NCBI GenBank assembly: GCA_034439715.1
Contig: JAWXAY010000049.1
Location: forward strand, 1 to 41,295
DNA length: 41,295 nucleotides
Origin: Pseudomonadota bacterium
Lineage (GTDB): Bacteria; Bdellovibrionota; Bdellovibrionia; Bdellovibrionales; SG-bin7
Direction: 5' to 3'
The position numbers and the translations under genes were made by a program. The number at the start of each line of letters is the position of its first letter. The stretch's first letter is position 1. This document shows, in pieces, positions 16,264 to 25,811 of this stretch. Below the pieces are notes generated by a model. The model was not told where the DNA came from. It searched no databases and was given only the letters and a program-made list of their open reading frames with translations.

Positions 16264-17199
16264 TTGAAGCATACAGGACAAATTTTGCGAGATTGCCGGG
16301 AAAAAAAGGGAATTACTCCTAGCGAAGTTTCTATGGCGACCAAAATTGGCGTCAAAATTATTGAGGCCATTGAACGTGGAGATACACGTTCTCTCCCGTC
16401 TAAAGCGTTTCTACGTGGATTTATCCAGACCTATGCCACCTTTCTTAAGCTAGACACACACGAAGTAATGAATAGCTTTCTAGAAGAAACTGGCGGCAAA
16501 GATCGGCGGCATGCTTCCAATAATCCTTCCAATACGGTGGATACTCCAAAGGCCCCATCGCCCTTGCCACTCGAAAATAAAAGTCAAAAAATCGTAATTC
16601 AGGCCGCCATTGTTCTTGCCGTACTGATTGTAATTTTACTAGTTAAGTTTTTAATTAACACAATTGAAAAATACGAACACGATGCCAAGCCCCCAACTCC
16701 AGCAGAAATTGCCACAACTTTAAAAAACGATACTCTGGCGCCAGAAATCAAACCAGAGTCCAATGTTACACCCGAAAGTGCACCAGCTCCTATTGCTGTC
16801 CCACCGCCCGCCGCCGTCGTACCGATCGCTCCGACCGCACCAAAAGTACTTGCGCCAACACCTGCTATTCCACCGCCAGTTGAAACGGCGAAACCAACAC
16901 CTGCACCAGTCGAAAAACCTTCGGAGCCAAAAAAAGCGTTATCATCTGAGACCGGAGCAACTATCCAAAGCAAGGAACTCATTATCGAAGCGCTTGATGC
17001 TGTCGATATTTTTTATTGGGTAGATGGTGGTCCAACAAAAAAAGTTAGGCTTGAACCAGATCAAATTCAAATTATTAAGGCTGCTAAAACCATAAAGGTT
17101 GAGGTTAGTGACGGCGGAGCCATAGATGTGATTTTCAATGGTGAGGACCAGGGCGTTCCCGGGAAACTTGGAAAATCCATGCAGTTAAGTTACCCCTAA
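16264..17199 (+). CDS. rodZ: RodZ-like protein (HTH, TM, Pro-rich linker, DUF4115-like C-terminus)
   Basis: GQILRDCRE...AIERG...FLRGFIQTYATFL HTH; single TM helix. Confidence 0.8.
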   Translation: MKHTGQILRDCREKKGITPSEVSMATKIGVKIIEAIERGDTRSLPSKAFLRGFIQTYATFLKLDTHEVMNSFLEETGGKDRRHASNNPSNTVDTPKAPSPLPLENKSQKIVIQAAIVLAVLIVILLVKFLINTIEKYEHDAKPPTPAEIATTLKNDTLAPEIKPESNVTPESAPAPIAVPPPAAVVPIAPTAPKVLAPTPAIPPPVETAKPTPAPVEKPSEPKKALSSETGATIQSKELIIEALDAVDIFYWVDGGPTKKVRLEPDQIQIIKAAKTIKVEVSDGGAIDVIFNGEDQGVPGKLGKSMQLSYP

Positions 17200-17200
17200 A

Positions 17201-18526
17201 GTGAACTACACGGTTTCATTTTTTCTTTTTACTTTAATAGTCAAAATTATTCTCGGGGTCGTTATTCCTCTCTGTTCCGACGAAGCCTATTATTGGGTCT
17301 GGGCCCATAATATGCAGCTTAGCTTTTTCGATCACCCTCCAATGGTTTCTTGGCTATTTTTTTTAGGTATCCCGTTTGAAAGATTTTTAAGTGGCCCCAG
17401 AATTCCTGGTATTGTACTTGGTCACATCACGCTTTTTATTTGGTTTAAAATAATCTCTCCCCATCTTGATTTAAAAAAACAAAAGTGGCTGCTCTGGGCC
17501 CTGCTATTAACGCCGCTTACTGGGCTGGGATCATTGATTATTACTCCGGATTTACCGCTCCTATTTTTTTGGTCAGTATCACTTTTATTTTTCCTTAAAC
17601 TCACTGCGCACAAAAAGTCCACTGACGCAATTATCCTGGGCGCGGCGCTCGGGCTCGGATTTTGCTCTAAGTATCATATGGTACTTTTTTTTCCTCTGGC
17701 TTTTTTATGGTTGTTCCATCAACGCCGAGAACTGGTTTTACCCCTAACCGCTTACGTGAACGTGGCAGTGGCGTTTTTAGTTTTTAGCTTTCCCGTACTT
17801 TATTGGAATTATACAAATGATTTTATTTCGTTCAAATTTCAACTTAATCATGGTTTAGGACAGGTCACCTCTAGTCCCTATTGGAGCCTTAAATATATTT
17901 TCGACCAGTTCATTTTGATATTACCCCCTATTCTTTTCTTAGCCTGGCGAAAACCCGAAAATCGTCGGCTTGATTGGCTTCGTTATTTTGGCTGGGGACC
18001 AGTTCTTTTTTTCTTGATAACTTCTTTAAAAGGCAGAGTCGAGGCCAATTGGCCACTTGTTGGCATTCCCGCGCTTGTTTCTTTAGCGGTGATAAATTCT
18101 GACTCCAGCCTGAATTGGATCAAAGGCTCTGTGGCTGCGTGGGCTTCCATTTTTGTAATAATCTTGGGTATTATTTTTTTACCGCTCGAGGGTTTTAAAA
18201 TCTCGAACTCGAAGATTCGAGAACTTCGGGATATGAAGGCGCTACTCCCACTGACCGAAGAATACTCGCCACTGTATGTCAGCACATACCAAATGGCCTC
18301 CCTACTTACTTATTATTCTAGAAAACCAATTTATAAGTTAAAGGGCGTTGGCCGAATTGACTTTTTTGATTTTTTAGATGCCTCAATGCCAAAAGATAAA
18401 AAGTTTTTTTGGATCGCCCCGTCTGCTTCATATCTACCGGTTTGGTTAGATTCGCATGCAGCTCATTTAGTGGGACCTAACTCAGTCGCGACAGATTCCT
18501 ATTTATTTGAGGTGGTGTCTCCTTGA
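17201..18526 (+). CDS. Glycosyltransferase family 39/83 (ArnT/PMT-like) membrane protein
   Basis: DEAYYWVW, DHPPMV, TPDLP, SKY; many TM helices. Confidence 0.88.
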   Translation: MNYTVSFFLFTLIVKIILGVVIPLCSDEAYYWVWAHNMQLSFFDHPPMVSWLFFLGIPFERFLSGPRIPGIVLGHITLFIWFKIISPHLDLKKQKWLLWALLLTPLTGLGSLIITPDLPLLFFWSVSLLFFLKLTAHKKSTDAIILGAALGLGFCSKYHMVLFFPLAFLWLFHQRRELVLPLTAYVNVAVAFLVFSFPVLYWNYTNDFISFKFQLNHGLGQVTSSPYWSLKYIFDQFILILPPILFLAWRKPENRRLDWLRYFGWGPVLFFLITSLKGRVEANWPLVGIPALVSLAVINSDSSLNWIKGSVAAWASIFVIILGIIFLPLEGFKISNSKIRELRDMKALLPLTEEYSPLYVSTYQMASLLTYYSRKPIYKLKGVGRIDFFDFLDASMPKDKKFFWIAPSASYLPVWLDSHAAHLVGPNSVATDSYLFEVVSP

Positions 18527-19728
18527 AAAAATGGTCATTCCTCATTACCGTTATAATTGCAATTACCTCTTACGGAATTTTTTTGAATCTTTTTTCGATT
18601 TCAATTTTGGACTCTAACCTTGCCGGGCTTTCTCACGGCGGTAAATACTATGATTACCGGGGAGTAACCCACGTCCACTCATCGCTCAGCACGGGCAGCG
18701 CTCCACAGGATGAAATTGCGGCCGATGCCCGTGAGGCGGGCCTAGATTTTATATTTTTTACTGAGCTAAATTATTTTGGGCAAGGTCCTCGACCCGAAGG
18801 ATATTTTGAAAAGGTATTAATGCTTCAGGCCGATGAAATCAGTTATTTAGATAGTCACCTTTTGCTTTATAGTCTTAATAAAAAAAGTTTTTCGACACTT
18901 GGCGATGGCCAGGTTTATTTATCGGATTTGCTTTCGCGCCGCCGGCATGACCAGGTTAATGAATTTGCGGTTTTGGCTCATCCCTATAAGGATGGCTACC
19001 TTTGGTCGGGAGAATATCCCAATGGTCTTTTGGGCATTGAAACCTTGAACTTAAAAAGCATTTGGCAAGAGGCTTGGAATACCACAAGGCTTTCGTTTTT
19101 ATGGAGCTTGTTTATTTATCCGTTTAACCCACAACTTTCGTTGATGCGAATGTATGTTGAACCAAAAAAAGAGTTAGCCCTTTGGCAGTCTTTAAATCAA
19201 AAGGGCCATACCACAGCTTTTTTGGGTAACGATACAACGGCACATGCTCTCCCCCTTGGAAAAGGCATGTTTAAGTTTCCTACTTATTTAGATTCCTTTA
19301 AGATTGCGTCCAACCACATTCTACTGCGCTCGGAATTAACAGGGCAGCTTGCGGGCGACAAAGAAAAGATTTTTCGCGCGCTGATGAACGGCCAATTTTA
19401 TTTATGCCTCGATCTGTTGGGCGATCCCAAAGGATTTTCAGCCGAACTCCTTGATCAATCCACAACGCTTTTGTTGGGCGAGCACACAACTTTTAAGCCA
19501 AACCTAAAAATCCTGGTAACCCTGCCAAAAAAACCTTTTGTACCCTTTGAGATCGGGCTCTATAAGGACGGCACCCTTCAACAAACGTCAAACCAACAAA
19601 CCGCTCTTTTTTTAATCAAGGAAAAGGGTGTGTACAATATACTTGTTAGAACCATCCCGACCCTGCCTCTTCCTGACGGACGAAAGTGGCTACCCTGGAT
19701 ATATACCAATGCCTTTTATATAATGTAG
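18523..19728 (+). CDS. Membrane-anchored PHP-domain protein
   Basis: HVHS, LAHP, GND..AH motifs; N-terminal TM helix. Confidence 0.7.
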   Translation: MKKWSFLITVIIAITSYGIFLNLFSISILDSNLAGLSHGGKYYDYRGVTHVHSSLSTGSAPQDEIAADAREAGLDFIFFTELNYFGQGPRPEGYFEKVLMLQADEISYLDSHLLLYSLNKKSFSTLGDGQVYLSDLLSRRRHDQVNEFAVLAHPYKDGYLWSGEYPNGLLGIETLNLKSIWQEAWNTTRLSFLWSLFIYPFNPQLSLMRMYVEPKKELALWQSLNQKGHTTAFLGNDTTAHALPLGKGMFKFPTYLDSFKIASNHILLRSELTGQLAGDKEKIFRALMNGQFYLCLDLLGDPKGFSAELLDQSTTLLLGEHTTFKPNLKILVTLPKKPFVPFEIGLYKDGTLQQTSNQQTALFLIKEKGVYNILVRTIPTLPLPDGRKWLPWIYTNAFYIM

Positions 19729-19828
19729 CCTCCTGCGTCGCGTTATATGCTTCTGCTCATTGCTAGTAAGGCCTCGTTTTTATATTTAAAGTTACTGAGT
19801 ATTTAAACCAAAAAATATCGAGGAAAGC

Positions 19829-21376
19829 ATGACGACCGCCTGGCTAATCGAAGAATCTTTGAAAAAAAATTTGGGAACACTAAGTCGCGATGGAGCGCTA
19901 ATTGTTAAGACCGGACAGTTCACAGGACGCGCGGCCAAAAATAGATTTGTAGTCAACAAGCCAGCCTTGAAAAATTTGATCGATTGGGGCCTTATAAACG
20001 TCCCTTTAGACGAAAAAGTGAGCCAGCAGGTTTTTGAAACTGGAGTTAGTTTCCTGAAAAAAACATCAACCTATTCTATGCGTGGTTTTGTTGGCGGATT
20101 TCCTATTGAAGTCATGTCAACCTCACCTTGGCATATCGCTTTTGCTAAAAATATGTTCCGCGAAAAAACTATTGCTGCAATTGCAGAAAAAGCGCCGCCG
20201 GGCAAAGTCATTCGAATTTATCATATTCCCTTTAGCACCAGTCACAGCTTAGGTTTAACAAATGTCGAAGAAACAATAATTCTATTAGATCCCACTGAAC
20301 TCAAAGTCGTCATTATGGGAACAGCCTATGCCGGTGAAATTAAAAAATCGGCTTTTAGCCTTTGTAATTTTATATTTCCCCAGATGGGATATTTTCCGAT
20401 GCATGCCTCTGCCAATTGTTTAAAGGACGGCAGCGAATCTTCGGTTCTCTTCGGTTTATCAGGAACTGGCAAAACTACTTTGTCAGCTAGCCCCGACCGC
20501 TATTTGATTGGTGATGATGAAATTGTTTGGACCCCGTCGGGCCTTTCAAACATGGAGGGCGGCTGTTACGCCAAACTTATTGGATTATCCCTTGCCAAGG
20601 AACCTGAAATATTTAGAGCCAGCAACCGCTTTGGCTCGATTTTAGAAAATGTTGTTTTTGACGAGGACACAAAAACCGTCGACTTTGATGACCAGTCCAT
20701 CACAGAAAACACTCGCAGCTCTTATTCACTCGACGCTTTAGAAAAAACTGCCAATCAATTTCATGAAGCTTCGGCACCAAAAAATCTTATATTTTTAACT
20801 GCGGACGCTTTTGGTGCACTTCCGGCTGTGGCTAAACTTAATTCTTATCAAGCCCAATACCACTTCTTGTCGGGTTACACGGCAAAACTTGCCGGAACAG
20901 AAATTGGAGTCAAAGAACCCGTCGCTGTCTTTAGCACCTGTTTTGGTGCGCCCTTTATGCCTTTAAATCCTGCTAACTACGCCTCTCTTCTTGCAAAATA
21001 CATGGAAAGTTCTAAGGCGCAGGTTTGGTTGCTGAATACCGGCTGGACTGGCAAGGGCTACGGTCACGGCGATAGATTTCCGCTGGCTGTTACTCGCGAA
21101 ATATTAAGAAATATCCAATCGGGCCATTTAACAAAAGCGCCCATGAGTCAACATGCTACCTTTGGTTTTGAAGTGCCCACAAGTATTTCTGGTGTTGATG
21201 GTAAGTTCTTGCAGAGTCAAGATCCTGAGCAAGTAAGTATGCTGGCCGAAAAATTTATAGATAACATGAGCAAGTTTTCAAATCTTGAATCAGGCGTTAT
21301 CGAAAAGGGTGGGCCCCGCCCCCCAAAGCATCACGGCACTAATTCCAAAAAGTCAGGCCCTGGCCACTTTTTGTAA
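19829..21376 (+). CDS. pckA: Phosphoenolpyruvate carboxykinase (ATP)
   Basis: TGRAAK, YAGEIKK, MHASAN, FGLSGTGKTTLS, LIGDDE, EGGCYAK, NTGW. Confidence 0.96.
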   Translation: MTTAWLIEESLKKNLGTLSRDGALIVKTGQFTGRAAKNRFVVNKPALKNLIDWGLINVPLDEKVSQQVFETGVSFLKKTSTYSMRGFVGGFPIEVMSTSPWHIAFAKNMFREKTIAAIAEKAPPGKVIRIYHIPFSTSHSLGLTNVEETIILLDPTELKVVIMGTAYAGEIKKSAFSLCNFIFPQMGYFPMHASANCLKDGSESSVLFGLSGTGKTTLSASPDRYLIGDDEIVWTPSGLSNMEGGCYAKLIGLSLAKEPEIFRASNRFGSILENVVFDEDTKTVDFDDQSITENTRSSYSLDALEKTANQFHEASAPKNLIFLTADAFGALPAVAKLNSYQAQYHFLSGYTAKLAGTEIGVKEPVAVFSTCFGAPFMPLNPANYASLLAKYMESSKAQVWLLNTGWTGKGYGHGDRFPLAVTREILRNIQSGHLTKAPMSQHATFGFEVPTSISGVDGKFLQSQDPEQVSMLAEKFIDNMSKFSNLESGVIEKGGPRPPKHHGTNSKKSGPGHFL

Positions 21377-22333
21377 TATTGTACCAAAGAGATTTTCGCC
21401 ATTTTGATTTAACATTTTAATTTCGATTGTGTCGCCGATTTTCATAAACGGCGTTTTAAATTCACCGCTTTTAATTTTTTCTCGCATTCTTACTTCTTGA
21501 ATGCAGCTGGCTCCGACGCTTTCGTCAGCGTTTGAAACGGTGCCACTACCGATAATTGTTCCTGCCGATAGATTCCTCGTACGAGCAGCATGAGCTATCA
21601 GTTGTCCAAAATGAAAGTGCATTTCTTTTGCATTGGCCTTACCAAAAAATTCTCCGTTTAGATTTACTAGCACTGGTAATTTAATTCTACCGTTACTCCA
21701 AGCCAAATCCAATTCATCAGCTGTAATGGCAAATGGCGCAAAGGCTGATGCTGGCTTACTTTGGAAAAAGCCAAACCCTTGAGCTAATTCTTCAGCAACA
21801 AGTCCCCTTAAAGAAACATCGTTAATGAGGACAAATAGTAAAATACACTTTAGCGCGGCTTCCGGAGAAACGCCCATCGGCACATTCGAAGTAATCACTC
21901 CTACTTCGCCCTCAAAATCAGTGCCATGACCCATCTCTATTTGCGGAATGTCCGCACGGGGAGCCAGAAATTCATCGCTCATGCCCTGGTACATTAGTGG
22001 CACGGTATAAAGACTCTCCGGCATTTCGGCATTACGCGCTTTACGTACCAATCGTACGTGCTCTAAAAATGATGAGCCATCAGCCCACTGAAATGATCGG
22101 GGCAATGGAGAATGAAAATCCGCCTCATTTACGTTAAATGAGTCACTGACATTACCAGCGTTAAGATCCTTATAAATTTTTTCTAATTTGGAAAAAGTCT
22201 CTTGCCAGTTTTCGACGGCCTCTCTTAAACAAGATGCGACTCCAGTCGCCTTAATGGCCAATTTATTATCCTGACTTACAACGACTAATTCGCCATCAAG
22301 CTTTTTTGCGTGTTTTAATGTACCTAGTTTCAT
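21353..22333 (-). CDS. Fumarylacetoacetate hydrolase family protein
   Basis: MKLGTL...DG.LVVVS, DFEGE, NDVSLR, GSGTVSN. ATG 22333 with AGGAG SD. Confidence 0.9.
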   Translation of the reverse strand: MKLGTLKHAKKLDGELVVVSQDNKLAIKATGVASCLREAVENWQETFSKLEKIYKDLNAGNVSDSFNVNEADFHSPLPRSFQWADGSSFLEHVRLVRKARNAEMPESLYTVPLMYQGMSDEFLAPRADIPQIEMGHGTDFEGEVGVITSNVPMGVSPEAALKCILLFVLINDVSLRGLVAEELAQGFGFFQSKPASAFAPFAITADELDLAWSNGRIKLPVLVNLNGEFFGKANAKEMHFHFGQLIAHAARTRNLSAGTIIGSGTVSNADESVGASCIQEVRMREKIKSGEFKTPFMKIGDTIEIKMLNQNGENLFGTILQKVARA

Positions 22334-22386
22334 AGTTCTCCTAAAAAATGCTGGCGCTGTTTCTAGCTTTAACATATTCTAAACTC

Positions 22387-23031
22387 ATGTCGCTAATTCT
22401 ATACAGCTACTTTCGAAGTTCCTCCAGTTATCGTGTGCGAATAGCTCTCAATTTAAAAGGTCTTGAGTATGAAATCAAGCCTGTTCATTTGATGAAAAGC
22501 GGCGGCGAACAGAATATGCCGGAATATAAAAATCTAAATCCTTTAGGAGAGGTTCCTTGCTTAGTTCATGACGAAATGGCCGTTGGCCAGTCGATGGCAA
22601 TTATTGAGTATTTGGATCGGATTTTTCCGGAGAAAAGGCTCTTTCCTGTAGCGGCGGCAGAGGGTGCGCATGTCCGACATTTTTGCGAGGGCATTAATAG
22701 TGGCATTCAGCCATTTCAAAACCTTAAGGTCTTACAAAAGATAGAAAAAGACTTTGGCGCAACTCAAGAGATGAAAAGCTCTTGGGCAAAACATTGGATT
22801 ACAGAGGGGTTTAAAGGTCTCGAAAGGCTTCTGGAAAAACACTCCAGAAAGTATTCTTTTGGCGACGAACTAACTGCGGCCGACTGTTTTTTAATACCGC
22901 AGGTATTTAGTGCAAAAAGATTCAATGTCGACATGATTCCATTTAAAAAAATTCAAAGTGTCTATAATCACTGTACCAAATTACCAGAATTCGTTAAGGC
23001 TTCTCCAGAAAATCAAGTAGACTTTGAATAA
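22387..23031 (+). CDS. maiA: Maleylacetoacetate isomerase (GST zeta)
   Basis: LYSYFRSSSSYRVRIALNLKG, QSMAIIEYL, IQPFQNL. ATG 22387. Confidence 0.93.
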   Translation: MSLILYSYFRSSSSYRVRIALNLKGLEYEIKPVHLMKSGGEQNMPEYKNLNPLGEVPCLVHDEMAVGQSMAIIEYLDRIFPEKRLFPVAAAEGAHVRHFCEGINSGIQPFQNLKVLQKIEKDFGATQEMKSSWAKHWITEGFKGLERLLEKHSRKYSFGDELTAADCFLIPQVFSAKRFNVDMIPFKKIQSVYNHCTKLPEFVKASPENQVDFE

Positions 23032-23957
23032 TCCTCGCCATTCAGAGCTAAAAAAATAATCAAAACCACAGTAGCCACAATTCCTGCAGCTAACATGGTG
23101 TGCAATACTGTGATCAACGCAGGCAGAAAGAATTTAATGTTGGCAATACCCAGCGCCACCTGCACTAGTACCAGCGTAATTAATATGCGCGAGGTCTGCA
23201 CGATCCGAGGTTGTAAGACTCGGACTTGGCTTAAGTTCAGAAAAGTAAAAAACATAATTACTGTCAATAATGTTAAATAGGCGCCTAGTCTATGCATCAC
23301 ATGTAAACCCACGAGGCCCTCAAGTGTAGGGACCAACTTTCCAAGACAAAGTGGAAAATCAACAGAACAGGCCAGGCCGGCATAATTAGATGCAACCTTG
23401 CCACCCAAAACAATCTGCAAACTCACCACCATTAAAACTATAATTCCGCCAAAGACTACCCATCGAGGGGCCGGCATGCTTTTCCTATCATTTTTGTTCA
23501 TACTTATTTTCACGCTCTTGGGCAGCGACAAATATATCCAAAGCATCAGAGACAAAAAACCAATTCCCAAAACTAGGTGTGTGGTCACATACCCTGGCTC
23601 TAAAAGCTTAAGCACCGTAAGTGCTCCCATTGCCACTTGAACGCCATAAATCACTAGCGCTAAAAATCCTGTCATTTTAATATTCTTTGAAATATTTTTA
23701 TTTGTTAAAATCTTGCCAAACATCAAAACCGTAAAGACACCCATGGCGCCCGCCAACGCTCGGTGAATAAACTCAAAATAAACTTGAGGATGGTAATCGG
23801 GAATAAACTTACCGAAACACAATGGCCAATCGGGGCAGGCCAATCCAGCATTCATAGCGCGAGTCGCGCCACCCAGCCCAATTACCAAAATAATAACGTG
23901 AAGAAGAAGTCTAAAGGTTTTTAAATAGCGTTCGCTCACAGGAAAATTCCATACCAC
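23013..23957 (-). CDS. ctaA: Heme A synthase (COX15/CtaA); start may be GTG 23939
   Basis: AGLACPDWPLC, EFIHR, HRLGA. Confidence 0.92.
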   Translation of the reverse strand: MVWNFPVSERYLKTFRLLLHVIILVIGLGGATRAMNAGLACPDWPLCFGKFIPDYHPQVYFEFIHRALAGAMGVFTVLMFGKILTNKNISKNIKMTGFLALVIYGVQVAMGALTVLKLLEPGYVTTHLVLGIGFLSLMLWIYLSLPKSVKISMNKNDRKSMPAPRWVVFGGIIVLMVVSLQIVLGGKVASNYAGLACSVDFPLCLGKLVPTLEGLVGLHVMHRLGAYLTLLTVIMFFTFLNLSQVRVLQPRIVQTSRILITLVLVQVALGIANIKFFLPALITVLHTMLAAGIVATVVLIIFLALNGEDYSKST

Positions 23958-24811
23958 TTATCAAATACAGGTGCGATCATAAACAAAACCATACTGACGT
24001 TTATCCAAGTAAAAAAGCGAACCCAGCCAATCTTACCAACGGAAGCAAAAAATCTAAAAAATTCTAGCAGTACTTTGAGCGCCACCGGAACAACAACACA
24101 TAAATAGGCTAAATGAGATTTCACAAACAATGGCGAAGCTAAGGCCAGAGCTACATATGCAAACACATAAAGTCCCATAAAATATAGGGTATCCCCGTCT
24201 CCTCGCACGGCCGGAAGCACGGGTACTCCTCCTGCAGTATAATCATCTTTAATTTTCATAGCGATGGCCCAAAAGTGGGGCATTTGCCACAAAAACATAA
24301 GAAAGAACAGATATACACTTTCAGTCGAAGTGATCTGCGTATTTGCCGCTGAATATCCGATAACTATTGGCAGTGCCCCCGGTATCGCCCCGGGAACCGC
24401 GCCAAACGCCCATTTGGGTTTCCAAATGAGAGTATAAAATCCATTATAGAAAACTAGTGTTAATAAACCCAAAACTAATGTGATAAGGGAACATTTTGAG
24501 GTAAACCAAACTCCAAGAGCTAAATAAATCAATCCTAAAAAAAAAGATTTGTTAGCTTCAAATTGCCCCGTAGCTAATGGCCGTCGGGCTGTTCTTTGCA
24601 TTTTTTTGTCGAGTTCTATTTCTTGAAGTTGATTGAAAATAAAACTCGATGAGCCCAAAAAAAATAGACCGAGCATTAGGTTCCAGTAGTTTGAAACTTT
24701 AATGCCTTGGTTGGGGTCGACTCCTAATAAAAAGCCGAGCGTGCCCGCAATAAGAATAAATATTACGATGCCAATTTTAGTGAGATCTAAATAGGCTCTT
24801 ACAATGCTCAT
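23936..24811 (-). CDS. ctaB: Protoheme IX farnesyltransferase (heme O synthase)
   Basis: DKKMQRTARRPL, GAIPGALP, WQMPHFWA; ATG 24811 preferred. Confidence 0.93.
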   Translation of the reverse strand: MSIVRAYLDLTKIGIVIFILIAGTLGFLLGVDPNQGIKVSNYWNLMLGLFFLGSSSFIFNQLQEIELDKKMQRTARRPLATGQFEANKSFFLGLIYLALGVWFTSKCSLITLVLGLLTLVFYNGFYTLIWKPKWAFGAVPGAIPGALPIVIGYSAANTQITSTESVYLFFLMFLWQMPHFWAIAMKIKDDYTAGGVPVLPAVRGDGDTLYFMGLYVFAYVALALASPLFVKSHLAYLCVVVPVALKVLLEFFRFFASVGKIGWVRFFTWINVSMVLFMIAPVFDKWYGIFL

Positions 24812-24815
24812 AAAA

Positions 24816-25151
24816 TTAAAGCGTACTCTGTTCAAAAACTCGCGTGTAAATATCCAATGCGCAAAAGAAAAACATTAAAAATACAAAAAAGACAGCAACG
24901 CCAACGATGGCCCTGTTCATTAAGTTATCGTATTTTAAGTGCATAAATATCGCTAACACCGCAAGCGCTTTAATGGTTGCTATCAAAAAGGCCACTGGAG
25001 TATTGAGTGCCCCTAAGTCGACTTGGGCAACTGCCACCGTAACTACTGTTGCAATCAATAAAAAAGTGAAAACCTTTAAATAGGAACCCAAGTCGGGATG
25101 ATTGTCGTGTGAATGCGAGTCTGCTGACGCGTGTTCTTTTTGTGATGCCAT
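24816..25151 (-). CDS. Cytochrome c oxidase subunit IV
   Basis: KA.LV...FMHLKY motif, 3 TM helices, operon position. Confidence 0.88.
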   Translation of the reverse strand: MASQKEHASADSHSHDNHPDLGSYLKVFTFLLIATVVTVAVAQVDLGALNTPVAFLIATIKALAVLAIFMHLKYDNLMNRAIVGVAVFFVFLMFFFCALDIYTRVFEQSTL

Positions 25152-25163
25152 TTCTAAAACTCC

Positions 25164-25811
25164 TTAACCTACCAAATAAAGTAATGGAAAAAGATAAATC
25201 CAAATTAAGTCTACTAGATGCCAAAAAATTCCGACGCCTTCGACCGGAGTATAATAATGAGGCCCAAAATCACCACGTCGGGTCTTGATTGCCACCCATA
25301 AAATCATGCCCATTCCAATTAAAACGTGTGTGCCGTGGAGTCCGGTCATCATAAAATAAAGTGAGAAATAAAGACCTTGATTAACTGGTACATCTACTCC
25401 GACAGGTGCATAGGCAAAATGTTTGCCTGGAAAGATATGCTCATGAAACTTGTGGGAATATTCAAAATATTTCACCACCATAAAAATAAGTCCACAAACA
25501 ACCGTTAATATTAAATTCCAGAAGGCCTTCGTGTTTTCTTTTTTCTGAATGTAATGAATGCCCAGCGCCATGGTTAGTGAACTCGCGATCAACACTACTG
25601 TGTTGAGTGCGCCCATTCGCCAATCCAAAAGGCTGGATCCAAAAACAAAAATTTCCGGGTAGATATTTTTATAAAGCGCATAGGCTACAAACAAGCCACC
25701 AAACATAAGTATTTCGGTCGCCATAAAAACCCAAACGCCCTGCTTAGCCGTAGAATATTGGTGCTCAGGGCTTTCGTAATGATGTAAGTGATGGGGTTTA
25801 TCTGTACTCAT
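25164..25811 (-). CDS. Cytochrome c oxidase subunit III
   Basis: TEILMFGGLF, TGLHGTHV, WHLVDLIW. Confidence 0.95.
   Translation of the reverse strand: MSTDKPHHLHHYESPEHQYSTAKQGVWVFMATEILMFGGLFVAYALYKNIYPEIFVFGSSLLDWRMGALNTVVLIASSLTMALGIHYIQKKENTKAFWNLILTVVCGLIFMVVKYFEYSHKFHEHIFPGKHFAYAPVGVDVPVNQGLYFSLYFMMTGLHGTHVLIGMGMILWVAIKTRRGDFGPHYYTPVEGVGIFWHLVDLIWIYLFPLLYLVG

Noticed and set aside
16599..17023. Alternative ORFs over the Pro/Ala-rich part of rodZ
   Set aside because: Low-complexity codons leave other frames open; no independent evidence.
21353..21376. 3' overlap of pckA and FAH (also maiA/ctaA at 23013-23031)
   Set aside because: Short convergent overlaps are common in compact genomes.
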